Position numbers and translations under genes: made by a program
NCBI GenBank assembly: GCA_051294375.1
Contig: CM119271.1
Coordinates: forward strand, 7,193,632-7,257,631
DNA length: 64,000 bases
Direction of reading: 5' to 3'
Source of the DNA: Paraspadella gotoi
Lineage: Eukaryota; Animalia; Chaetognatha
Part shown: piece after piece, positions 23,614-37,400 of the stretch
Position numbering within the stretch: position 1 is the first letter of the stretch
How the letters are laid out: every line of letters begins with the position of its first letter
The notes under the pieces: generated by a model
Seen by the model: only the letters and a program-made list of their open reading frames with translations
Database searches by the model: none
Told to the model about the DNA's origin: nothing

Positions 23614-24255
23614 AAAAAAAAGACTTTTTTGGGGGGGGGGTTAAAATCTTACGGACAAGGTTTTCGCGCGCACAATGTTGACTTTTTTTACAAACGTATT
23701 ACCCACCTAATTGTTAAAGAATATTAAACCAGAAGTAATTTTATTTCACAAGGATAAAACATTAATGTGTTATGAAGTTTTGTTTTTCCTATTATCAGGG
23801 CGTTTCTTTAACTTACAAATAAAATATATATGCCAACCAGTAAAGGTTTTGTTTTCATTAATACCAAAATCAGTATTTATCTAATTGATTTGTTAAGAAT
23901 ATTTTTATATATATATTTTCTTTATTACGATACATATTGGTTAATGGTCATTGTCGAGACATCATTTTTCCTGAAATTTTTTCCTCTTTTTTAATAACAC
24001 CCAATTTCTAAATTGTTTAATATATTGTTAAAATGGTTGCATCTTGAAAGGAGCCCGGAATCTTCAAACAATGTAAGAATCAAGTTGGGAAAATAACCAG
24101 GATAAAATACCAGAAGTGCGAATCTTATACAGATTCGACTGTAATGTCTTTCAGATCTTATACGTGACTAAAACGTTCACACTACTCATGTCTATGTAAA
24201 TTAAGAACTGAAACGCAGTCACTCAGTTGCACATTCAAATATCTAAAAAAAAATT

Positions 24256-24290
<35 letters not shown>

Positions 24291-25025
24291 AATAAAAAGC
24301 CCCATGTAACCATCTTCAACCGCTTCCTTTTTAATCGAAAGCTATATTTATTCATAATATTTATTTAAAAATATGGAGGAAATTTATAAAATCTCAGTAT
24401 TATTTATTATAACAAACCTACCATTGTAGGTTTTTATTTGATAACTTTGTTTGTGTTGTTATCATCTCACAAAGAAATACGAATATACTAGTCACTGACT
24501 TAGCTTTGCCATCGTTGTACATTATTTTTTTTCCGCCCGTACTTTGTACACGTAGTTAATTAACAACACAATGTTTCCGTTTTTCGCTTTGTCCTCGAAT
24601 TGATCAGCACGCTCCAGATGATTCTATTAATAAATAAACGAATATAATTGAAAAAAAAAACAACAGATAAAACAAAAAAAACAAAAAACGAATAATCTCT
24701 CAGCTCAAGTGACTCATGTGATTATGAGTGAATCAGTCGCGAACGAAGATCACAATCGCGCGCACTTTCTTCGCCGGCCGCTTCGATGCGTTAATGGATC
24801 GCCTCGGCCGAAAGAGGGGGCACTTTCGACCACAAGGACTCATCACTCTCGAGGGCAAGCCTCCATGACTCTTCGTGATCCGTTTCTCGGTAAATATCCT
24901 TTCGGGTCTTTCGTAACTGAGAGCCCGTTTCTGTGTCCAGACCAAAAGGAAAAGTTTGGGAGTCGCTGGCCACATTTTACACCATATTCCCACAACTCCC
25001 CCGGGGGCATACTTCATCGGCAAAA

Positions 25026-25028
<3 letters not shown>

Positions 25029-25061
<33 letters not shown>

Positions 25062-25072
25062 GCTTCTCCTCT

Positions 25073-25115
<43 letters not shown>
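25029..25115 (+). repeat. Interrupted (CT)n microsatellite
   Basis: Direct inspection. Confidence 0.95.
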
Positions 25116-25118
<3 letters not shown>

Positions 25119-25630
25119 GCCCCCCTTCGCCCGCCTTTCTCGTTCTTTCGATTTTCTGGCCATAATGAAGACGACGACGATGATGACGACGATGAAGCAT
25201 CGCTCGGAGGATGAGGAAGATGAAGATCTCCTCCGCGAATCGTCTAACCATCCCAAGTTCGACATTCTGCAGTGAAGCCGGTCCTCCACTCCGGTTTGAA
25301 AAGGATCGATGGAGAGCCGGGGGGGGGGAGAAAATGGGATTGTGTGAAAACATCAATCAACGTCGAACCAATCAGGGCGCACTTTTGAATTTTTTTTTTT
25401 TTTCGCGCGCGCGACCGGAGTGAATGCTCGTCGATCGCTTCGTCGAGATAAAAATCGTCCGAGGAAGACTCCGTTCTCCTCCAAACCGTAGTGGTTCTGG
25501 CTTACAAGCCTCGAAAAAGTTTTCACCTAGGCGATATTTGGTGCACACACGCCGTCGTAGATTGTTGGCCTTTCTATCTCTCTCTCTCCCTCTGACCAAA
25601 AATTTACTTTTAAACTCTTTGCCGAAGGTA

Positions 25631-25761
<131 letters not shown>

Positions 25762-25874
25762 TCTCGAGGAGAAGGAGGCCCGTCGCGCATCTCAACTCTT
25801 GATAAACGAATCAGCGATTCCATTAAAAGAAACAACTTTCCTTCGTCCCTTTAAAAATAATAACAACAACAATA

Positions 25875-25991
25875 ATGTCGTGGAACAATTACGTCGACTA
25901 CCTCGTAGGATCCGGCGTCGTTCCTCAGGCGGCAATTTTTGGCGCTCTCGACGGCGCCGTTTGGGCAAAGAGCGCCGAACTCGACGTAAGT

Positions 25992-26054
<63 letters not shown>

Positions 26055-27823
26055 TTCTCACACACACACATTTTTGCCGGCTCCCGGTTTTTCGAAATTC
26101 GGGGAAAAAACACATGTTCTGTTCTTTCGATGATGTAAAAAATACTATGTATAAATCTATTTTCTTATTCTTAGAGAGTACTGATGTCAGATCTATTGTT
26201 TTAAGACAGAACATGGAAGAGCTTTAGTTCAATTCATATAATTAGAATAAAACAACCGTGATTACTTCAAATTGATAAGATATAAAATACTACCTAGACA
26301 TGAATTACGGCTTTTTCAAACTGCGTAAATGTTTTAAAACGATGGACGAATAATGATTCTAGACAATCCATCCATTCCTTAGCATTTGTACGAGAACACG
26401 CGTTCAAGTTTGATCAGGAACTAAATTTATCATTACAGTCCTTACATTGATTATTCTTCGTGCAGTTACGTACGGACGAGATAAATTTCATCAAAGACGG
26501 TTTCGAACAGTTGACTCAAGGAAAGGACAGCGTTTTTGCGGCTACAGGTACAAAAAACCGAGAAGAGAGTTCGAAATTGGATTTTTTTTCGGCGTCGTTT
26601 TAGTTTTAGCGCCCTAGAAAATCTCTTGTTGGAAAACACTTGTTTCTTCTACTACCCTGTCTCTTTAAATGCAGTTGGGCATTGAAAACAGGACGTAGCA
26701 AATTATAATTAGACATTAAAGAATTGAGCCGTTAAAAAAGGGCCACGAGGATTTGCCCTCGACTTGGACCAAGTCTTGGTCGTCATTCTTAGTGAATTAA
26801 AATGTTGTAGTAAGTGGGATTTTTTTTTTGGTTATCCCGCGTGCGTGTAAATTCTGGTTGTTGATAAACATTCGTGGTAGATTGTTCGAGTCAAAAAAAT
26901 GTTTTGATTCTAAAAACGGGAAGAGTAAGAGAGAACAAAAAAAAATGAGAGAATGATATATTCAAGATATTTCAAGAAGTATATCGATTTATAAACTATA
27001 AAGTATAAAGGGTATATATATAATTTATATATATCTTATTTTCCGCTCATCGATGAAAATTCGAGCAGAAAATATCAACATTGTTATATATATTCTTTTA
27101 AGATACATAAGCCTGCCTGAATAGGTTTATAATAATGGGAAAATGTACGGCTACCAGTTTAGTTGTCGCAAAGATTACAAGCAATAAAGTTTCAATATGC
27201 AACCGATTAACAAATGTATATTGTATATTATACAATGTATAAGGGAACCGTGATGTCGTAAAATTGTAATGTTCATTTGTTCAACGTTAGGCATTAAAAT
27301 TGGCGGAGAGAAGTTCATCGCCCTTCGATCGGATAAGATCGAGAAAAACGGACCCGACGCCATCTACACGACGATCGTGAGAAAAGGAAACAATGGAGCA
27401 TCCATCGCTAGAGTTAAAAATTGTGAGTCAAAAGAACATTTTTTGAAGTTCCGATTAAATCACGAAAAAATCGTTGGAATAGCAATTTTTATTTTTATTA
27501 TTGAACATGTTTCGACTCTTAGTGGTACATGAAGACTCGTACCACTAAGAGTCGAAACATGTTCAATAATAAAAATAAAAATTGCTATTCCAACGATTTT
27601 TTAGTTTCATCTCTAAACTATTTTAAATAGCAAAAAGAAAGTCAAAATACAATGAAAAAAAGATAGTAGCTACGAATAATCATTAAATCCTATACTTTTT
27701 ATCACTCTCTTTATCTCCCAATTTCCAGGCATCATCCTCGGCTTATACACAGAACCGATACAGCCCAACGCATGCAATACCGTCGTCATGACGTGCGCCG
27801 AATACTTAGCCGCAAATCTTTGA
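25875..27823 (+). CDS. Profilin
   Basis: Four exons: MSWNNYVDYLVGSGVVPQAAIFGALDGAVWAKSAELD / LRTDEINFIKDGF..FAATG / IKIGGEKFIALRSD..RKGNNGASIARVKN / IILGLYTEPIQPNACNTVVMTCAEYLAANL*. Confidence 0.93.
27465..27602. mobile_element. Perfect 64-bp inverted repeat: inverted, 5'-truncated Penelope-like pseudo-LTR with a hammerhead remnant
   Basis: Arms 27465-27528 and 27539-27602 are exact reverse complements with a 10-nt loop. Loop plus right arm read ATGA-A-GACTC..GAGTC-GAA-ACATGT-T followed by AATAATAAA. Confidence 0.7.
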
Positions 27824-28883
27824 TTTATTTTCACTACATTAACTATTTCCAGCTTCGCCAGGCGAAAATATTATGTCAAAAGCTCTACTGACGGATTGAA
27901 ACGGTAGTTTGGTTTTTTTTGCATCTTAATATTTTATCCTCGCGGAGCGTATTTAATATTTATTTGTTTTTCTGTCCGAATATTTTTTTTTCTCGCGCGC
28001 GATTAATGTTTTTTTTTTTGCAAATATTCGCTCTCGATTTTTAATCGTTGGCGTCTGTTGTTTGTATTAACTTCTTTGGCGATTCTCGCCCAAATTAGGA
28101 TCATTGATTGTAAAAAATGTGTTTTTATTTTATTTTCTGTACAGAAAATTATAAATAGAGAGGGTCTAGGAAAAAGAGATAGTGCTGAAACGTTAGATAT
28201 TAGTATTTGAAAATGTTTTTTTTTGTGGCAAAAACCGTTATTGTAAAACAACCTCGACAATGCTCTGGAAAACGTAATATTTTTTTCTTCCAAAGATTTA
28301 ATCATGAATCATTTCCATCCTGAATTCTTGCCCATCTTCGATCATCTGCAAATATTTGTTCTCCTTATGATTCGTCTATCTGGAGATTCTTAAACTTTCT
28401 GGTAGGAAATCAGAAACACAGGATGCGTCTGTTATTCGAGGGCAGGCACGAACTCTGCGCAATCGGGTTTCGATAAACAACGAAAAATATTTTTTTTCGC
28501 TTTCTCGCGAAATTTAATGTCGACTCTTGAAAACAACAACGACGATGAATGCTAAAAAGACGAATGACAATTCCATGTACATAATATTCAAAAGAAAGCT
28601 AGCAAATGCATGATTTTATTTACAAGCAGTTTCAAGAACATTACATATTATAAAATTTTTTTTAAATGATAAAGAATTATCCGTTCATTCAATAAATACT
28701 AATCTATATATGACTAATAGTCATTGATAAAGAAAATGTCATATTCAACTTAGTTTTTAGCGTTAAATGAAGTCAATTTCGGATCTTATTAACTTATGAA
28801 AAAAGAGGCCAAATTCAATGATAAATAAATCATATTCAAGTAAACGAATCCCCGCGAAAATTTAAATCTAATCAAATCTCGAG

Positions 28884-31800
28884 TCACTGGTGAGCGTGGA
28901 GCGACTCCAACGCCGCCACCTCCGCCGCATCCTTTCCAAGATCTTGGCGTCGCCTCTCAAAGTCGATGGCGTTCTGCAGCTGGAAGAGCTCCTCGCACTT
29001 TCCCACGAACATCCGCCTCAGGTCGGTGTTCCTCACCATCAGATCGTGGATACGAGTCTGGTACTTTTCGTCCACCTCGCCAACCATCTCGTGGAAGTGC
29101 TCTTCGAAGCCTGACATTTTTAAAGGACAAATTAATAAATAACTACTAATTCAAAAAAATTTGTTAAAAACAGAATGAGATTTCAAGTAAGTCGCCAAAG
29201 GCAAACATAAACAGTCTTAACTTAGCCGTTCTGAGTAACAAGGACCAACAATAACCCATTATAAACTAAAGATCTAATTCTTAAGGCTAAAATTGATGAG
29301 CGTTTGTCTTTAGAGTTCCATTGTTTTATTTAAATGTTTGTTTATGTTTTTTGTTAATTTATCGACTCTCCAATCCCGATTCCGCGTTTCTCACCTATCA
29401 GCTTGACCTCCGCCTTTGCCAGGGAGCTCTGGCAGTTTTCCAACTCTTTGGTGGCGATCTCGTACTTGACCTTCAGATCTTCCATCTCCGTCTGGACGTC
29501 CTTCAGTTCTTCCAGCGCCTTTTTTAGCCGCTCGATGTCGGCGGCGGCGCTGGAGAACCGGCGCGTGATCGCCTCCATATCCCGCTTGTGTTCGCGAGTC
29601 ATGAGCTGGATCTGCTTCTGGTGCTCCTTGATCAGCGAGGCCTTCTCCGCCGTCTTCTCCGTCAGCATCTTGGCGCGGAGCTCGTGCAGCGCCGCGTCCA
29701 GCTCTTCCTGGTGCCGCATTTTGAGATCCTCCTCCCACTTGCGCCACTTCTCGTCCATGTCCGCCTTTTATTTGAGGGGGGGTGTTGGGGGAAAAGTTGA
29801 GGGTGAAAAGTGCGGCTGTAAGTTTTGAGACGGGCAATTAGGTTGTTTTTTTTTTTTTTATGTTAGTCGATCTTATCGCGTTCCGAGAAGATTATTTAAT
29901 TAAAATAAGCGTTAACATTGGAAAAACATTATCCTTTTGTTCCTTTGTTTTCTTATTGAGAAGGCGAGACTAGACAAAGAGAGGTTATAGCCTAAACGTG
30001 ATTTCATGCCTTCGAAAATTCAACTGAAAAACAAAACGGAAAACTTTTGAAGAAAAAGGTTTTTTTTTGAAGAAACAAGAACGGTAATTCCAATGTGTTG
30101 CGCCGCAGCGACTTTATTTTCACGTATATTTCCCTTTGATCACATGATATAATTTTTGAGGTTGTTTTCTGTCTTAACAAATAAACAAATTATATGCATT
30201 TTTAACATAAGTGGGACAGACATACTGACCGACCGACAGACCGACCGAAAAGTTTCTTATAGAGTTGCTCCGCGAGTACTCGCGGCGCTACTAAAAAAAG
30301 ATTTTAAAATTATCTCTGCTGTCAGTTCTGAAAAACAATATAAACATTTGTTTTATTGTGAGACAAAAACGAGGAGATTCCGTCGGTTAAATTTCCGAAT
30401 CATTTCGATGTTTCGTCCGTATGACACATGCTTACTATTAGCGTCCTTATCGGTGTTCAAAGGGATATATATATCAGCATCAAAAAACGAAAAAAAAGGG
30501 GGCACAATCCCATAATCTTATCAAAACCCCGATTTCGCCAGGAGGAGCATCTCCCAATCAATCTCCCCTTAAAACTTTCTCCGCTAAACCACCCAACCCA
30601 TCCCAAAACCTCTCACGCGCCAACCCCCGAACCTTCAACTCGGCCTTGTAATTGTCGAAGGCGCTCTGGAGGAACTCCAACTCTCCCCTCAGGCGAGACG
30701 TCGTCGCCTCTGCGGCCTCGCGCTGGGCGGCCATCTCGTCCTCGTGGGCGCGGCCCGTCCGTTTCATCTCCTCGTCGTGTTCCGTCAACAAATCCATGAG
30801 ACGCTGTTGATGTCGACTCTCCGCTTCCTTCTCTTTCTCCTCCGCGCGCTGGCGGAGGCTCTTGGCGGTGTTCTTGTGGGCGAGGCGTTCCTCTTCGAGA
30901 TAGAGGTTGAGATCGGCCACCTTTGGATATTTGGGGGGGAGTTTGTTAGTTGTTGTTTACATATGGTTTTAATAACCCAGGATTTTGTTGTTTTTAAATC
31001 CATTTTGCGATAGTTTGTGATGTCAACATCACTCAACATGTATTTTCCATTTTTTTAAATTTCAGCGACCAAAAACATTAAACAATATACATATCAAGTG
31101 TGTGTGTGTGTGTGTGTGCAAATCCCTGTATCATCGTAGATTGTCACAAAAAAAAATGCTATTCATTATAAAAATAAAAATAACAATAATAACAAAAACT
31201 CCGACCTGCTGCTTCAACTGCGCTATGAGCGCATCTTGCACGACGATGGCCAACATCTTCCTCGCCTTCGTCCCCGCCTTGATCATCTCGGCTACGGCCT
31301 CGTACTCGCTAGCCAGGAATGCCAGAATCTCGGGGACGTTCTTGAAGGTGGACATGTTGATGGAGAGGAACTTGTGGCCGGGGCCCTAAGTTTGTGGGAG
31401 AGCGGGATTTAGGAAAACCAACTAATTGTCATTACTTGATAAATCTATAAAACTCACAACGGTCATTGGTCTTCACTTGCAGACTACATCAGTGAATCCC
31501 TTCAATCAGTCTTCACCAGATGCAGACCTCATTCCTTTTTATTAAGTCTTAACCAGATGCAGACTGTCTCCCTTATTAATCACACATAATAATCAGTCAT
31601 CACCTGATGCAGACTGTATCCCCTCATCTTCAACTCGAGCACGATGTGCGAAATATCGACATCAGATTCTGCGCCGCGAAAGATGACGTCACCGATGCCG
31701 GACCTCAGCGGGATCATCATGGTGGGCGTGGGCGTCGGGGACGCCAACCCGTCACCGCGACTCTTTCGCCCAGCGCCGCCGCCGACGCCGCGGCTGCTTC

Positions 31801-33032
31801 GCGCCTCCAGCGTCGCCGACTGCTTTCCCAAGCCTCCTCCTCCCTCCCATCGCTTGGTCAAGCCGTCGCTGGCTTCGGCTCCGGATTTGGTGACGCTGAA
31901 GAGGCTTTGGGTGCGGCGGAGTCGGAGGCGCTCCTCGCCCTCTATCTTGATGACGTCGTCGAGAATGTCGTGATAAAGATCGAGGTCTTGTTTGGCGATG
32001 CTCTGTTTCGTGGTTTAGGGTGGAAAAAAGAAAAAAAAGAAAAAAAATAAAAACGAAAAATGAAAGAAATAAAATGAAAAGAAAATGAAAAAAAAAGTGG
32101 AAAGAAAGAGAAGAGGAAGTAAAAAGTAAAGTAAAGAGAAGGTGAAAAGAGAAGAGAAAAGGTGAAAAGAAAATGAAAAAAAAAGTGGAAAAAAATAGAA
32201 GAGAAAGTAAAAAGTAAAGTAAAGAGAAGGTGAAAGGAGAAAAGAAAAGGTGAAAAGAAAAGACAAGACAAGAAAATAATATATTGAGGAGGAAGATGGT
32301 TGTAAAAAAGAAAAAAAAAAAGAAAAAATTGTTTCATGTCAGCCTCGAATTATATTGAAATATAGTTGAAATATATATTGTGGACTAGTAACTCTAATAC
32401 GTATCTACAAACAAAACGGCAAATGACGCGTTAATTAACAACATTGTACATAATCCGTCATATCAACTAAATCAATCAATCCGATCATATAAATCAAATC
32501 AATCCATCACTAAGACCCTAACCTCGGACGGCGTTTTCAGCGACTGAAAGATTCCGAGATCGAGCTGATCCGAATCTTCGTCGGCGCCGCCGCCGTCGCC
32601 CTCCGCCGTACCAGGGATCGGCGGGAGACCCCTGACAGACCGGCGCAGATTGGCCGACGTGACTCCGCCCGCCATCGTCTCTGAAGTCAGTTCCATCACG
32701 GCGTTACCGGCGCCGTTACGAGTGTAGCGGAAACCGTTGCCGAGATTCTTGGAAAATGCGCCGCTAGCGGTGGCGCCTTCATTTGCGAGCAACTTGGCAC
32801 GCCGCTTTACCCGAGGCTTTACTGCCGGCGTCCTATGGATCACGACTCGGTTTTCTTCGACGGCGTCGCCACGGGTGGTCGGCCTGTCGCGACGCCGGCC
32901 CGACGACGCCGCCGAGAGCGTCGCCGAGTCTTCGCGATAAGGGTAGGCGGGATTGTCGGGTCCTAAAGGCGGAACGCGTTGACGGACTATGCCGTCCGTC
33001 TCGTACCCCGACCACTGGTTTACGGCCAACAT
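28884..33032 (-). CDS. Coiled-coil protein resembling FLACC1/ALS2CR12 (flagellum-associated); 5' end may extend to ~33250
   Basis: At least six in-phase exons: ..QDALIAQLKQQ|VADLNLYLEEERLAHK..ELEFLQSAFDNYKAELK|ADMDEKWRKWEEDLK..RFSSAAADIERLKK..|GFEEHFHEMVGEVDEKYQTRIHDLM... The gene structure is solid; the family name is from recollection only. Confidence 0.65.
30074..30299 (+). mobile_element. Short Helentron-associated (HINE-like) element in an intron
   Basis: Begins AACAAGA, has a (GACC/GACA)n tract at ~30215-30248, then TATAGAG plus a hairpin with the palindrome CCGCGAGTACTCGCGG (30270-30285), ending CTAAAAAAA. Confidence 0.6.
32060..32262 (+). repeat. Purine-rich tandem duplication (~88-bp unit, ~2.2 copies) in an intron
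   Basis: GAAAAGAAAATGAAAAAAAAGTGGAAA..AAGTAAAAAGTAAAGTAAAGAGAAGGTGAAA occurs twice. Confidence 0.75.
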
Positions 33033-33217
33033 TTTTGAGGTAAGATTTTGTAGAATGAATCTGGAAGGCGGAGCAGCGAGCGAGTCTCGGACGATTACCA
33101 GGGTTAACGGGTACTGTAACCACAAAATCAAAACTAATAAAGGACAAGGGAGGAGCTATTTTGTTTCCTTTCCCCTTTTAGATTTTTTTTTTTTAAACCG
33201 ACGACCGACACGCGACT

Positions 33218-33230
33218 GTTGCTAGGCATC
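33218..33230. promoter_or_regulatory. Candidate RFX X-box
   Basis: GTTGCTAGGCATC matches the X-box GTTGCTAGGCAAC at 12 of 13 positions, at the 5' end of the FLACC1-like gene. Confidence 0.5.
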
Positions 33231-34442
33231 CATTTCGAGGAAAGATTCCATGTTCTGAACTCGATGCTTTGGCTTTATGAGATCTTTTCGTGCCAGGTTA
33301 GCTCTCGTTTTATGAGTAGGCTTTTCTTTCAATACTCTATAGTCAACTGACGAACTATTACTTATTTGCTATCTAAGTCATAGCTTTTCCCCGTCTTCCC
33401 GCGTCTCCCTCCGACAAAAGACTGAAAAGATTGAGCAAATATATAAACTACATTTTTATTAACAGTTTTGTAAAGAACAACAAAAGGTCAGGTCATTTTA
33501 ACAGATGGTTTAATTCTCGTCATCATCGTCGTCTTGAAGAGAGATCACCAACTAAATTGTATAGCATATAGATACATCTTAAATAAATAGAACGACAGTG
33601 GCGGGATTTGATAGAACTTCCGCACTTGGGATGATAGTGATTAAAACTGATTGTCCCAATTTTGAAATTATTTTGAATCATCGTAACACCGGTAAGACAA
33701 AACGCGCTACAGATAAAGACTAATGACTATTAAAAATATTTTTTTTATTCGCTAGCTAATATTTATTGCTTTTAAACGACGATGAGAGAATATAATCAAA
33801 GAATCAATAATTAAGTACACAAAGGATGGTTGGTAACGGAAAGTAATTACAGTTATAGCTCGTTCTGTTCATTTTTTGTTTACTGTTAAAAAAAAAAAAA
33901 AAAACGCGGTATGAAAGAACAACCCATGATAGAGAGATTCTATGTACGGTAAGCTAAAAAAGGCACTATAAGCTAGGCTTAGGATATGATTTTTTTTTGT
34001 TGTTTAAAAAGTGAACATATTATTGATCATGAAATTCAATATGGAGGGTAAAGACCATGGACAATTTGCTGAACAGATCCAAATTCTGTACACGAACGCT
34101 AGATCTGAGAAAACTGCAGGTGCGCATGCGCACGCCACGTGTGCGACTAAAAAAATATATCACTTAAGTCATCACTCGAGAACGATTTTTTTTCAAAATG
34201 GACGCGCGGATAAAAAAAAAAGTAAACAGGACAAAAAATCGCAAATCGCCATTAAGATATATACGAAAAAAAAAAATTGTATCGAAATACAACAACAATA
34301 TAATCTGTAACAGTAAACAAGTTATAAATTCAATAATCTTGGGAAGGGTTTGGGAAACAGTTGGGGACTGTTGTTCCCCAGAATAAAAACTACTGGTGTA
34401 TAAAAAAAATTATGGGGGGGATTAAGGGGAATGGGAAATTTC

Positions 34443-37400
34443 TCATAAGTACACGCCGTCGTTAGAACGCCGACTTTGATACTGCGGTTGTTGTTGGGGC
34501 TGTTGTTGTTGTTGTTGTTGCGGCTGTTGTTGTTGCTGCGACTGTTGTGGTCTACTCGGCAGATGGGGCGGATGCGGTTGGGCCTGTTGAGCCGCGTTGG
34601 GGTTGTGGTTAGGCTGGAAGGATGAATGAATATTGAATAAGTTTAAACCGATGGAGATTTTACATTGTTGGGCAGGAATTTTCACTTAGTTTTTAAACCA
34701 TTTGACTCACTTGTTGCGCGTTCTGTTGCGGCATTGGATGCTGCATGTGCTGCGGGGGTGAATGCACCCCATCGCTCCAGTCGGAAGTGGCAACGGAATG
34801 AGGACTGGTGGTGGGGCTGGACCACTGACCGGGGCTGTCGGGGGACGGGGTGAGATAATGTTCGAGGGACGGGGCGGTGCTTGGCGTGGAATCTCCGTTG
34901 ACGCCACCACCTGCGCCTCCAACACCGCCGCCGACGCCCGCGCCACCGCCGCCCGCGTGGCTGTGGTGCGAGGGCGGCGTGGGAATGCTGGAAGCGCCGT
35001 TGTAACTAGCGTTGTGAGACAGGAGGGTGGCGGAGCCGTCCGCGGAGGATGTCGAAGTCTTCGGTGGAAGTTTGGGGTTGTTGTTGTTGGAGGTGCCGCC
35101 CTGTGGCAAGGAAGGGACCTGCATGCCAGGTGGCAACGTGGGGTTCATGAACGCCTCCGTTCCCATGAGTCCGTGAGAATTTCCTTGAGAGTTTCCGCCG
35201 CCGTTGGCGCCGCCAAAGTCGAAGGCTCGGCCGAGGCCGTTGGAGAAGTTGGCGAGCGACTGTTGCTGTTGCTGAGCCTGTTGAACGGCGGCCATCGCAG
35301 CGGCTGTGGCGGCTTGCTGTTGTTGTTGCTGATGCCTCTGAAATTGCTGCATCTGCATGGCGTGCAGGTGCGTCGGACTCAGCGGCATGTGGATGTAGTT
35401 GGCAGTTTTTCTCGGAGAAGGTGGTACCGGTGGGTGCTGCTGCGGCACGGCGCCGTTCCGCGGGGGCATCGGCGGCGGGACAGCAGCGCGAGATCCCGGC
35501 TCCTGATGCGGCTGAAAGGGTCGGCCCATGGCGTCCGTCACGAACCCGTTCATGGTGGCTCCGAGCGGCGGCGACATTCCTTGCATCATCTCTCGATCGA
35601 TCAGCTGCTGCTGGCCACGCATCATGTTCAGCTGCGCCTGCTGCGACATGGAGACGGGCGCTGCCGCAGTTTCGGTGCTCAGGATGTTAGGATGACTGAT
35701 GGCGGAGCTAAGGGAAGCCATGGGGAATCCGTTGGGCGAGGTCATTGACCCCGAGGCGTCAAGACCGTTAGGACTCAAGCTGGACATTCCGCGACCGAGA
35801 GTGTGGGAGAGTCCGGCTGGAACTCCGTCTCCCTGGCGCGGTCCGGCGCCGCCCTTGAGTTTTTTGCTTCCGTGTTGTTTGGACGCCTTCGTCTTGGCGG
35901 GCAGCGTCATGTTTCCGTTTCCATGGTGATCGCCGCCATCGCCGCCGCCGCGTGGCGGAACGTCCGGCGGAGAGCTCTTCTTCTTCTTCTTGAAAGACTT
36001 GGCGTGGCCGGCGTCACCCATCATGGCGGCGCCCATGGCATTGCCCATTCCGGCGCTCATCATTCCGGCGCCGACGCCGCGGAGTCCGAAATCGTCCAGG
36101 AGGCGGACGATGTCTTCGTGGAGGCGTTCGTTGGCCACGTCGCGTGGGAGTCTGCGATAGTTAATGTATTCATTAATAATAATAGTCAGAGGAGGATTTA
36201 GCCTGCCGTCCAATTCTCCTCCTCTTCTTCCTTCCTTCCTCCTCCTGCCCCTCAGTATATTTTGTCTAGCGATACATTCTCTCGTTTTCTACTCTTCGCG
36301 AAATATACCATTATTTTCCCTCTATTTCTTCACGCCTTCAATACTCCTCAAGATAGTTATCAAAATTACATTATAATTTCAGTTTCTAATATAAAAGGAC
36401 ATTTATTAAATTATGCGCTAATTGCCGAATAATGTAATGAAACAGATAATAGAATTAGTTTTCTCAAACGAAGCCCTTTTTGTTTTTCCTCACCTCTTAC
36501 ATTCTCCCTTAGATGCTCCCTCTATTTCCAGAAGACAACACTGACTTCCCCTTCCCAAATTGAATTATTAGATAAATAAAACATTTTTTTAAAAAAAACA
36601 AGCAATATATATTTGTTTAAATAATATAGATTAAATACTAAATCCTTCATAAAATATAAAAATAGAAATTCTTTAGTTTTCGAAACAAACTCTCACCTGT
36701 CGAGATGATCGGTAATTTCGATGTTGGCGCTGTAGCTGAGTAAAATCGAGGCGGCTTCGTAGCTTCCTTCTCTCGCCGCCAGGAAAAGAGGAGTTTCGTC
36801 TTTGGCGTCCTGCGCGTCTCTGACGGAGAAAGAAAAAACAAGAAATTTTAGGATTTGAAGAAACAAAAAGAAAAAAACAAAACAAAACAAAACAAAAAAT
36901 ATCGCTCGTTATTCAATGGACATTTCTAGTAGATCGAAATCGCTCACTTGTTAGCTCCTGCGGCCAGCAGGCTTTGCACGGCGTCCTCGTTGTTAACCGC
37001 GGCAGCCCAGTGCAACGCCGTCTTGCCGTTCATATCGGCCGAGTTAATGTCGGCGTCCGATTGGATGAGATCCTCGGCCATTCCCTCGATGGCCAATCGG
37101 GAGGCGAGGATGAGCGGCGTCGTTCCGTCCGTCATCTTAGCGTTGAGATTCGTGGCCCGGTTGCGTAGGAGGATCTGGAAGACGCCTTGGGCGTCCGAGG
37201 CAACGGCGGTGTGCAGCGGGGTTCGCCCGGAGTTGTCAGGGGCGTTGGCGTCTGCGCCGGCGTCGAGAAGGCGCTTGGCGGCGTCGGCGCGGGCGAAGCG
37301 CGCCGCCAGGTGGAGGGAGGTCTCGCCGGTGCGGTCTGGGAGATGAGATAGAAAAGACGTCGGTTGAAGTAAATTTAAAACTCGCGTCAAAGAACAAAAA

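Noticed and set aside
26647-26700. Intronic hairpin beginning TACCCTGT (miR-10-like seed)
   Set aside because: The match to miR-10 ends after 8 nt, the stem has a 3-nt bulge and mismatches, and the loop is short. Would need small-RNA reads.
34480-35350. PolyQ/CAG tracts in the Notch C-terminus
   Set aside because: Ordinary opa-type repeats known from Notch proteins.
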